From positions 1 to 24,191 of the IMG/VR virus record IMGVR_UViG_2734482770_000005: 24,191 nucleotides of DNA; one strand, given 5' to 3'. The translations under genes and the position numbers were made by a program. Shown here piece after piece: positions 1 to 8,245 of this stretch. Source of the stretch: a virus. Taxonomy: Duplodnaviria > Heunggongvirae > Uroviricota > Caudoviricetes. Under the pieces are notes generated by a model that saw only the letters and a list, made by a program, of their open reading frames with translations, was not told the DNA's origin and did not search any database. How positions within the stretch are numbered: the stretch's first letter is position 1; the number at the start of each line of letters is the position of its first letter.

Positions 1-153
1 ATGAAAAACATTGCAGCTATCAAACGTAATAACCGCAAGATTCACGCTCGTAAGTTCCTGTCTACGCCAGAAGGAAAAGCCTGGCTAGAGCGTAAACAGC
101 GAGAGAACGAAGAAAGAAAACTCCTTAGTGAGTTGAAATGGCTTAAGGATTGA
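1..153 (+). CDS. small basic hypothetical protein (50 aa), possibly the tail of a longer gene starting upstream of the window
   Basis: Open frame from ATG at 1 to TGA at 151-153, Lys/Arg-rich product (MKNIAAIKRNNRKIHARKF...). Not in the ORF track (short). No ribosome-binding site is visible because the window starts here. Confidence 0.2.
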   Translation: MKNIAAIKRNNRKIHARKFLSTPEGKAWLERKQRENEERKLLSELKWLKD

Positions 154-718
154 ACCACCAGTAGGCGCATAACACATCCAGCGATCAAAGATGTGTTTAT
201 GCACCTGATAGTGAAATTATTAAAGTCGTTTAGTTAACATCGCCATTGCTTGAGCAATAATTGCAACAGCGTCCATCTCTTCACTGGAAGCGATGCAAAT
301 GCGGTAACTAATAGCCACAACGAATACATCAATAACGAGAAAGTGAATAGTGTGAAGATGTTTTGAAAGTAAATGCATAACTTCCTCCGGTTTTACGATA
401 GGAAGATTAGAACATGCATTAAATGATGTTACAAGGGTGGTAATTTACCCTAATAGTCTACTATTCACCTCAATCTACGTCAACCAATATTTGATGTAGA
501 TTTAATTTTCTTTTAAAAACAATGTGTTGCAATTTGTTGAATTTTGGGGTTAGGTTGTTTTTTGAACGTTTTCATCAAGTGTAAAGATACGTTTAGCCTT
601 CATAGTGAGTTCAGTTACTGTCTTTTTCTCTGAAATCGGCGCAGACGTGATCAATGTTTAACGCGAAGATCAGCGGCGTCAGGTCCACGCAGCGACAATT
701 CTCAAATATCAGGAGGCA

Positions 719-1276
719 TTACGCTTCCTGCTCTTTCTTGATACGTTGCACCGTCTGTGTGCTGACACTGAAATCTTTTGCTACGCTCCGAATTGATCCA
801 CCATTCGCGAGAGCGGCAACAATTCCCGCTCGATCAATTGCTTTTCCATTACCACGTTTTGCTATACGTCCAGCGGCCTTAGCTGCGGCGATCCCCTCAC
901 GCTGCCGCTCAAGCATCATTTCACGTTCCATTTGTGCCACTGCTGCAAGCACTGTGAGCATCATATTCCCTGCGGGAGAGTTCTTCCCTGTCTTAAAGTC
1001 TTCTTTATGGAAATGCACAGACACGCCGCGCTCTGTTAATTGCTCAACCGTTGCCAGAAGGTCGGCTGTATTACGACAAAGGCGATCAATACTATGGACG
1101 TGTAACACGTCACCCTCCCGCACATAGTTCATCATTGCCTCAAACTGTGGGCGCTGAGTGTTCTTGCCTGACGCTTTATCTTCAAAGACTTTATCAAGAG
1201 TTACTCCAGCTAATTGACGGTCTGTGTTTTGTTGCACAGTCGATACCCTAATGTATCCAATATTAGCCATTTTCAT
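719..1276 (-). CDS. small serine recombinase (resolvase/DNA-invertase family), 185 aa
   Basis: N-terminus IGYIRVSTVQQNTDRQ has the catalytic-serine motif of resolvase/invertase enzymes; C-terminal HTH (GGSIRSVAKDFSVSTQTVQRIKKEQ). Size matches Hin/Gin/gamma-delta resolvase (183-193 aa). Confidence 0.85.
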   Translation of the reverse strand: MKMANIGYIRVSTVQQNTDRQLAGVTLDKVFEDKASGKNTQRPQFEAMMNYVREGDVLHVHSIDRLCRNTADLLATVEQLTERGVSVHFHKEDFKTGKNSPAGNMMLTVLAAVAQMEREMMLERQREGIAAAKAAGRIAKRGNGKAIDRAGIVAALANGGSIRSVAKDFSVSTQTVQRIKKEQEA

Positions 1277-1837
1277 TTTCCTTCTGTGTTGATTTGTGTG
1301 TAGTGATTATTGATCGTGTTGATTAGGTGTGTAAAGGACTTTTTTCACTACGAAATTCGAAGGTTTTTAGTGTGGTGATTTAGCCTGCTTTATCACTACA
1401 CGTCTTGCATGAGAATCATGTAGTTACATTTTGGTAAAATTAGCAAGCTATTAAATAGTGTGTTTATTTTGAAAAAATAATTTTTTGTTGCATTAAAGGA
1501 AACTTGTTCGACAAATAATAGATTGATTTTTAATCAACAATTTCTGATAGTGCTCTGTAAGCCGTATTACACAAGGCTTTGCGAAAGTGATGTAAAAGTG
1601 AAGAAAGCTAACATTGCACTTTTTAAGCTACTTTTCATTGGATTTTTACGTAGGAATTACACAGGGATTAATCATCAATTACATTGAATTTAAGCCTGTT
1701 TTAGATGTTTAATTTTGGTAGCAAGAAACACTTTTAGAAGATCATTGCACAGATGCTATGTGATGATTGGATGTAACGGTAGGTCACTGTGAGCTACCCC
1801 TATCAAGTCTGATACCCGATAAGTATAAATAACACCT

Positions 1838-1931
1838 GGGAAATGAGTTCCGATCTATTTAGGAAATAACCGTGGAAGTGGTTTCCTACCTACCTAGGAA
1901 ATGAGTTCCTATCACCTAGGAAATGATTTCC
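1838..1931. repeat. array of 13-bp GGAA-N5-TTCC dyad motifs (at least 4 copies), putative protein-binding sites
   Basis: ggaaatgagttcc (1838-1850), ggaagtggtttcc (1874-1886), ggaaatgagttcc (1898-1910) and the perfect palindrome ggaaatgatttcc (1919-1931); the last two are preceded by cctag. Confidence 0.5.
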
Positions 1932-2019
1932 GACAATACTATAATTAAACTACAATTAAACTATATAATATAATTCTTTTTTATCTTTATAAGAATAATT
2001 ATAGGGATACCCGTTAGGG

Positions 2020-2093
2020 AGTCTAACGACTATCCCTTAATCTATTGGCATTCGCCAGAACCTTGCACAAGTTAGAGTGTTAGTCGTTAGACT
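2020..2093. repeat. 12-bp perfect inverted repeat pair (agtctaacgact / agtcgttagact) with about 50 bp spacer
   Basis: Arms at 2020-2031 and 2082-2093 are exact reverse complements. A nested 7-bp inverted repeat agggata/tatccct lies at 2003-2009 and 2031-2037. Confidence 0.4.
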
Positions 2094-2793
2094 GCTTGTC
2101 ATAACACATAGTTTTTGTTTGTTGATGTTAGTTAGTAGATCTATGTTCGCTAATGCCGCTCACAACGAATATGTAATCTACTATGTGCAAATAGCCTACG
2201 GCTTGCGTAAGGCTAAATAGTCTTGCGCTGTGCGCTTCAATAGTTCCATTGATGAGGCTTACGCCAATCTAACGATCATCAATCTATTTAAGAGAAAATC
2301 TATTGTGCAATACTCTGACGAGTGCAATAACCTTGTGTGCTACGCGTTAGCGATGTTAGCACATAGACACAGACAACAACCAACAACAAACAAAAAAGAA
2401 AGAATGGTTTTAGTAGTTGAAGGTTAAATAAGTTTCTACCGCTTAAATCAAGCCGTAGGCGAGCTAAACGTATATAAGGCAGGGAAACCTTAGCGGTAAT
2501 AGATTAGCTCATTATAGAGCTTCTGAGGAGCTTTACAGGTATTTTATAAGGTGTCTGAAATTAGAGTTTATCTATCATCTCCTTTTCATATACCTAACAA
2601 ATACAAAATAAGCCCCTTAAATAAACCTCTGGCGAGCTAAACTGTCATTACATAAGGGAATGTATTGTTTTTATCAAAACCTCGTTAGAACGCGTTTTAG
2701 AGAATAAGGAAGAATAGCATCACACAGAAGAGCACGAATTGCTAAGCAAAATCATAACATACTGAAAAATGATCAATATTTTATGGGCGGGGG

Positions 2794-2828
2794 TTGACAA
2801 AAGCCTTTAGTTATGGTAAAGTAATATT
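2794..2828 (+). promoter_or_regulatory. candidate sigma70-like promoter for the + strand gene run
   Basis: Consensus -35 TTGACA at 2794-2799 inside gggggttgacaaaag, with AT-rich -10 candidates downstream (taaagt at 17 bp spacing, taatat further on). About 120 bp upstream of the first well-supported + strand ORF. Confidence 0.3.
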
Positions 2829-2945
2829 AGGGACAGGAAAACATTCCTATCCTCTAAATAATTAAACCAATGCACCGCACTTTGAAGCCCAAGAGGCTTG
2901 CAAGGTGTCTTTTTCTTTTAACCAAATAGAATAGGAGGTTAATTA

Positions 2946-3122
2946 GTGAAGTATTTCACTTCTCAAGATGTAGTTGAAGCCTGGAAACGTGGTGAGATCA
3001 ACCGCTTTAGGGTAAGAATGAATAGGAACACAGCGCGACGCTGTGGTTATCCAGAGCGTGAAAAATGTTTTGACGATGCACTAAAAATTATTGATGAACT
3101 GCGTAAAGCAGAGAAAGAATAA
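2946..3122 (+). CDS. hypothetical small protein (58 aa, GTG start)
   Basis: aggagg ribosome-binding site at 2932-2937, GTG at 2946, in-frame to TAA at 3120-3122; product VKYFTSQDVVEAWKRGEINRF...ELRKAEKE. Absent from the ORF track because of the GTG start. Confidence 0.4.
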   Translation: MKYFTSQDVVEAWKRGEINRFRVRMNRNTARRCGYPEREKCFDDALKIIDELRKAEKE

Positions 3123-3145
3123 TAACAGGAGAAGGAGAAAACCAA

Positions 3146-3334
3146 ATGAATATTAATTTTGATTCTGCAACTTATAACGCGTTGTTAAATCGTGCAAAGG
3201 CAGAAGGGAAATCAATTCCAAAACTTGTTAATGAATTACTAATTACAGTCCTTACAAAGGAGGAACTAAATGATCAAAAATATCAAAACAATTGCCGAAG
3301 CGAAAGCCAAATGTCTAAATCAGAAAGATGGTAA
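3146..3334 (+). CDS. small DNA-binding protein, ribbon-helix-helix (CopG/Arc-like) fold suspected
   Basis: Ribosome-binding site ggagaaggag then ATG at 3146. N-terminal MNINFDSATYNALLNRAKAEGKSIPKLVNELL fits a beta-strand plus helix pattern typical of RHH regulators. The 3' end overlaps the next gene's strong start at 3270. Confidence 0.45.
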   Translation: MNINFDSATYNALLNRAKAEGKSIPKLVNELLITVLTKEELNDQKYQNNCRSESQMSKSERW

Positions 3335-3938
3335 ACAAAAATATGTAGTCGTTGAGCAGTGGTTGAAGATGTTTAAAAAGTGGTTCTCACCGTCAGGTAA
3401 TGAATACACCGCTACACTGCCAGCCGTTGAAATCTATAGCTATATAGCTGGATTCAATGAACAAGGGCAAGAATGTTACGCCACTCAAAAAACATTATCT
3501 AATATTGGAATGGTTAGTGATCGCCAGGTTCGCAATATTATAAATATGTTTGTTGATATGGGAGTTCTTTCTGTAGAGGCTCGGGACGGGCAAACATCAC
3601 TCTATAAAGCATTACCATTCACAGATGCACATATTACTCCCCCTGGAGAGTCATCACTACCTGATCCTTCTGAGAAAGAAGACGAATCTAATGAAATATT
3701 GAATGTTTCCGAAATCATCGTTGAAGAAGAAACACAAGAGCCAGAGTTCCCTGAGCGGCCCGAAATTTTTACTTGGCTTCTTTCCCTTGATAAGAAGAAA
3801 CCACCGCACGAAGAAACAGAAGATTTTGTAAAACGAGCATTAGATTCAAAGAATATCTATCTTTGTGAAAATGATTTTGACTCTTTGATAATTGATCTCA
3901 AAAGTGAGAGCACAATATATGATTCACTACCCTTTTAA
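3270..3938 (+). CDS. hypothetical protein with N-terminal winged-helix-like DNA-binding region and acidic C-terminal tail (222 aa)
   Basis: Strong ribosome-binding site aaaggagg 6 nt upstream of ATG. The segment YATQKTLSNIGMVSDRQVRNIINMFVDMGVLSV looks like an HTH recognition helix; the C-terminus is Glu/Asp-rich. Confidence 0.55.
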   Translation: MIKNIKTIAEAKAKCLNQKDGKQKYVVVEQWLKMFKKWFSPSGNEYTATLPAVEIYSYIAGFNEQGQECYATQKTLSNIGMVSDRQVRNIINMFVDMGVLSVEARDGQTSLYKALPFTDAHITPPGESSLPDPSEKEDESNEILNVSEIIVEEETQEPEFPERPEIFTWLLSLDKKKPPHEETEDFVKRALDSKNIYLCENDFDSLIIDLKSESTIYDSLPF

Positions 3939-3947
3939 GGAGAATAA

Positions 3948-4205
3948 ATGGCTTATAACATCACTATAGGAAACAAAACTATTGAAATAACTGAAAGCGG
4001 ATACAACATTTTAAAAGCTATTTTGGACATAGAGTTCTCACCGCCGACAGTGGTTAGCTTTTGTAGTTTAGGCGGCTACAGCGCACAACACGTCAATCGT
4101 TTTACATCGTTCGGTGTGCTGGATTATGAAGGGATTAACAGCACTACATTTCGTCTTTTGAAATTAAACAAAGATTTTGAATTGTTTCTCACAAACAATC
4201 AATAA
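3948..4205 (+). CDS. hypothetical protein (85 aa)
   Basis: Ribosome-binding site aaggag immediately upstream; tightly packed after the previous gene. Confidence 0.5.
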   Translation: MAYNITIGNKTIEITESGYNILKAILDIEFSPPTVVSFCSLGGYSAQHVNRFTSFGVLDYEGINSTTFRLLKLNKDFELFLTNNQ

Positions 4206-4302
4206 CAACAGATCGGGCAATACATATGGCAAATGCATTTATGGCGATATTCATCGTAACAATGGCGTCCAGTTTTTATAATCCACATAAAAAGAGGGAA
4301 AA

Positions 4303-4686
4303 ATGGGAAGAAAGAAAAAGAACAACTTAAAACGTATTGAAAAAAACAGTAATTTCAATTCAAAAAGACAACGTCCACCGACACACACCAATAACGAAAT
4401 TCCAGGGGAAGAGATAATCTTTATTCTTGAAACAGAATCCCCTGAATTAAGTGATGAAGAATTAGAAATAATCCAATCAATGCCAGGCGTTTACTTTCGC
4501 CCAAGAACAAGAAAACAAACTATCATTTCTGATGGCACTCTGAAACGTTGGCAGCTTTTAGGGTTTAGCTCCTATCATCATTTTTTGGGATTTAACGCTT
4601 TCAATAATTGTGTAGGTGGTGCATCGGAAGTCGATCTGATGGCTCATTTAGAAGATACATTAGCTTCTAACAAACGTTCTAACTAA
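4303..4686 (+). CDS. hypothetical protein (127 aa) with very basic N-terminus
   Basis: agaggg ribosome-binding site upstream of ATG; N-terminus MGRKKKNNLKRIEK... Confidence 0.45.
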   Translation: MGRKKKNNLKRIEKNSNFNSKRQRPPTHTNNEIPGEEIIFILETESPELSDEELEIIQSMPGVYFRPRTRKQTIISDGTLKRWQLLGFSSYHHFLGFNAFNNCVGGASEVDLMAHLEDTLASNKRSN

Positions 4687-4701
4687 TAAAATGATGGGTG
4701 T

Positions 4702-4947
4702 ATGTATAAGCGCCCAATGAAAATATTCAAAAAAGGAAAAATAATGATTGGCTATATTCAAGAAACACAATTATTTCAGATGATCCTGTCTGATGCAAAA
4801 AACTATGCAGAGTTAATTCGGCTGGCAAAAGAAACAGAAGACTACGAAGCATTAGAGCGTTACCGTGATGAAGTGCTGACGCTCAAGACACCTTTTAACA
4901 TCGTATTGAATATGATTAATGATGCATTACAAGGAGAATACGCATAA
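4702..4947 (+). CDS. hypothetical protein (81 aa; alternative start at 4744, MIGYIQ...)
   Basis: ORF in track; the internal ATG at 4744 is preceded by aaaaaggaaaaa. Stop overlaps the start of the next ORF (ATAATGG). Confidence 0.4.
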   Translation: MYKRPMKIFKKGKIMIGYIQETQLFQMILSDAKNYAELIRLAKETEDYEALERYRDEVLTLKTPFNIVLNMINDALQGEYA

Positions 4948-5246
4948 TGGAAGAAGATATTAGCAATGCAATGGAACAACTTTTAGATCTGACTATCTCA
5001 CTACAAACAAGAATAAATCAAGCCTATTCAGATTTATGCGATTACACGCTCTCTCAATGCGTTATTAGCTTAATGAAGGTGAATGTAAGCCTTGACGATT
5101 TTATCTCTCTGGTGAGCGTATCAGAGGACGATGCAAAACAGTGTAATCAAATCATCACAGACATCGCCACCACGTTAAAGGTTGCAAGTGAAGAGATTCA
5201 GCAATTAGTAGATGATTTAGCAAAAAGTGCTATTTTCTCTAAATGA
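4947..5246 (+). CDS. hypothetical protein (99 aa)
   Basis: aaggag ribosome-binding site upstream; start overlaps the previous stop, suggesting an operon. Confidence 0.5.
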   Translation: MEEDISNAMEQLLDLTISLQTRINQAYSDLCDYTLSQCVISLMKVNVSLDDFISLVSVSEDDAKQCNQIITDIATTLKVASEEIQQLVDDLAKSAIFSK

Positions 5247-6188
5247 TAATGAAAATTATTTGCATTTATAATGATTTTGTTATATAATAATTTTAGGGGT
5301 AGATAAAAAGATTTTAGTTGGTGTTAATCCTTCTACTGTCATAAATCCCTGCATATGGAAGGTGATAGCCTCAAAGGTTGAGTGGCATTAACCTCTAACA
5401 AATATTACCTTCCATCTCTCAAGAAGTTTTAGAATAATCATAACTCCCTCTTTGATTGTTGATTGTTTCTACGTTGTGTTGATGAATGTTGTTAGGCATT
5501 GTGCTTAATTTTGATAAAAGCGGGTAGGTGTTATCTCCTTGCCCTTCCCGCTCTTATTTTTCATCTATGCTTATCCTAAAGCTCCTTATTTTGTCAGAAA
5601 ACATTAAAGAGCCTTACACTGATAGTTATATTTTATAACTATTTACTAACATCATTAAACTATTATTTAATGACAGAAGTTAGTAACAGAATAATCTATT
5701 AAGTTGTTGTCAAAAACAATCATCTGCATAGCGTTAGCCGCAAGCAGAGAGAGTTTAGCTAAGAATGGTGCAATAAACTTTGGAAATATTGATAGCAAAA
5801 CGGGTTTTATAGAATGCGGATCTATAAGCTTTGGTTGTAAAAACGATTTTCTGAAACGGTAGATTACTGTTGGTGTAGTTAATCATTATTAAAAATTTAA
5901 TCTGTGAGTAGATTGGAATAGTGATTCCTTAAAATCTGACTGGTGCATCCACACCATGAAAGATAGCGGTTGGCCACCGCGCCCCGAATAGATATTCCTG
6001 ATTGATTCCGCATGTTTTCCTAAGAGCATGTTTTCAGGAGTATCTATTCACCCTTTAAGCATATCATCAAGTATATTTAAAAAGTGTATTTGCTGATATG
6101 TTTAATCCTCTTATAGTTTAACTTATCAATTATGTAATTGCCCGCACGTTAAAGCCCCTTTGCTGGTCAGAATTAACCTCTTACGGCA

Positions 6189-6428
6189 TTGGGGCTTTTT
6201 ATTTGTCTGGCACTAACAGGAACATTATTTATGAAACAAGAAATGATTATCAGCAAAGACGGGGAAACGATGATTGTTAGTGATGAAAACCTCATTAAGG
6301 TTGCCGCACTGTTGGGAGTTACTCCCGAAAGTCTTCGTTCTACCACTGCTCAATTATTTAAATCGGCTGATGCGGTTAGTCTTGCTGATGCCCTTAAATC
6401 TAAAATTAAACAACTGAAAGGAAAATAA
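6189..6428 (+). CDS. hypothetical small protein (79 aa; more likely starts at 6231, MKQEMII..., 65 aa)
   Basis: ORF in track; in-frame ATG at 6231 follows aacaggaac. Confidence 0.45.
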   Translation: MGLFICLALTGTLFMKQEMIISKDGETMIVSDENLIKVAALLGVTPESLRSTTAQLFKSADAVSLADALKSKIKQLKGK

Positions 6429-6432
6429 TCTT

Positions 6433-6816
6433 ATGGCTAACCCATATGGAAAATTAAAAGCAGTGAATGCGGATAACTCCCGTTCACGCTGTAAGGTAGT
6501 AGCTTACGCTGCTGATCCAGTGCTGCAAGATCGCCTCGTCAAACTGGCTTCACCTCTCACTGACGATCTTATTGTCGGGGCTTTGCTGAAAGCCGATGGC
6601 ACCAAAGCAACAACCGCATCTGATATTGCTCACGTAGTAGTTGAACCGGCTTATGAAGGACAGGAAAGCGTAGTGGTTGCACATCCTACTTTCGTTATTC
6701 TGGCTGAAGATGGGATTGAATTTAACAGCATGGAAAAGGCAAGTGTTATTGCAAAACTGCAATCTCTCGGCTTTGTAATTGCTGGTTATGAAGAACTTGC
6801 GATCCCTACGACTTAA
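6433..6816 (+). CDS. hypothetical protein (127 aa), first gene of a structural-like block
   Basis: Ribosome-binding site aaaggaaaa; 4 bp after the previous stop; same strand and tight spacing as following genes. Confidence 0.55.
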   Translation: MANPYGKLKAVNADNSRSRCKVVAYAADPVLQDRLVKLASPLTDDLIVGALLKADGTKATTASDIAHVVVEPAYEGQESVVVAHPTFVILAEDGIEFNSMEKASVIAKLQSLGFVIAGYEELAIPTT

Positions 6817-6830
6817 CAAGGAAAATAATA

Positions 6831-7862
6831 ATGAATGATTTATCAACATATTTTGGCGTTAATACTGCGGTAGTAACTCCATTTGCTTATGAGAATGCAC
6901 TTAATACCCTGATTACTAATCTCGATCTGTTCGATGTGCAATATCATACAGAAAACAGCATTCTTCTTACCGACCTGATTGATCAGTTTGTGCAGGTAGC
7001 TGGGGAAACCTCGCCTTACGCTCAAAGCGACTGGAACGCCTCTAAACGTCAGGAATGGTCAAACAAACTTTTCCAGATGAAACACGTCGGCAGTATTAAC
7101 GCTGTTACTTCTCGTGACCTGGAACAATACAGCCGCCAATATCCAAACCGTTCTGATGCTATGCTGGTAGCGGTTAATGATTTCTCTGAGGCTCATTACC
7201 GTTCACACGCAAACCGTGTTGAAGTGGATCTGATTACCGCGCTGCTGGGCCTGAAAGTTGAATCTGAATATGCCGGACAAGGTGATCTCGACTTCCTCGA
7301 CGGTCAGGCTAAAACCACGGTACCCGCTATCGACTTTGCATCGACTACTGTTAACCCGTTCCTTGCTATTCGTAAAGCGGTGCGCTTACAGAGTGAAAAG
7401 CTGGGGTCTGGTCTTGCTGCAAAGCGAACTGGTGTAATTATCTTTGCTGCTGGCACTGCTGCTGATGGTTTGTCATCTAACCCGCTGATCAGTGACATGG
7501 TGAAATATGCAGGCGATGCGAGTGCTACGGCCCTGTTTACCCGTATGGTTGATTCTAACCCAGCCTATGACTCTTTCCAGATTGGTGGGATCACTGTTAT
7601 TGATGTGTCAATGTTTCCTGAGATTGTTGCTCACATCGGAGAGAACGGTTTCGCAATTGTTCCGGTAATGGATAAAGCGGCACAGTGTTACCAGCTTCAT
7701 AGCGGCGTTGGTGTGCGTCATGCTGAGTTAGGTCAAGATGCCGTGTTGCATCACCAATATCTAATCAAGGATGAATTCCAATTCCCATCTGTGGTTACTG
7801 AGACATCTTATCTGCCAGTAAACAACATTCCGCAAGCTATCATCTTCGGATCTGCTGCGTAA
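6831..7862 (+). CDS. hypothetical protein (343 aa), possible virion or structural component
   Basis: Ribosome-binding site aaggaaaa; long uninterrupted ORF with a different codon and GC profile from the P4 part. No catalytic motif recognised. Confidence 0.6.
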   Translation: MNDLSTYFGVNTAVVTPFAYENALNTLITNLDLFDVQYHTENSILLTDLIDQFVQVAGETSPYAQSDWNASKRQEWSNKLFQMKHVGSINAVTSRDLEQYSRQYPNRSDAMLVAVNDFSEAHYRSHANRVEVDLITALLGLKVESEYAGQGDLDFLDGQAKTTVPAIDFASTTVNPFLAIRKAVRLQSEKLGSGLAAKRTGVIIFAAGTAADGLSSNPLISDMVKYAGDASATALFTRMVDSNPAYDSFQIGGITVIDVSMFPEIVAHIGENGFAIVPVMDKAAQCYQLHSGVGVRHAELGQDAVLHHQYLIKDEFQFPSVVTETSYLPVNNIPQAIIFGSAA

Positions 7863-8013
7863 TAAAGCGTTAATAGACGATTCCCCATCGGGGCAATAAG
7901 GGTAAAGGGATTAACTAACCTGTAGGCGCAAATACAGTAACGAATCTCTTTGCCCTTTTTGTTTTTCTACTGTCTACAAACCCAAATAAAAATATATATG
8001 TGAGAGAAAACCA

Positions 8014-8211
8014 ATGAATACAGAAAACCCACAATCCTTTATTCTTAAGGCTGTAAAAGAACTGGCAGCTATTAGCGAGGAATCAGTTATAAACACATCG
8101 GCGCTTTGCCGCCTTTTAGAAATTGATGCAAATAATGTGCGCCAGCGTGTCTTTCAGACTGGGTGCAGCACTTTCGAAGCAATTCAATACTATTGCTCTA
8201 AAAAACAATAA
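8014..8211 (+). CDS. hypothetical small protein (65 aa)
   Basis: ORF in track in the gap between two larger + strand genes; weak ribosome-binding site. Confidence 0.3.
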   Translation: MNTENPQSFILKAVKELAAISEESVINTSALCRLLEIDANNVRQRVFQTGCSTFEAIQYYCSKKQ

Positions 8212-8245
8212 TAAACAACAATCATAATACAGGGAAACAATTAGC

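Noticed and set aside
654-1127. 157 aa + strand ORF overlapping the serine recombinase gene on the opposite strand
   Set aside because: Entirely antisense to a well-supported recombinase gene, Ala/Arg/Ser-rich low-complexity translation, no ribosome-binding site; typical shadow ORF.
2230-2427. 65 aa + strand ORF in the recombinase-proximal non-coding region
   Set aside because: No ribosome-binding site, embedded in repeat-rich AT-rich DNA; more likely non-coding regulatory sequence.
6550-7498. Minus-strand ORFs (99, 60, 64 aa) inside the 127 aa and 343 aa + strand genes
   Set aside because: Antisense to genes with good ribosome-binding sites and consistent operon spacing; Cys/Phe-rich translations typical of AT-rich antisense frames.
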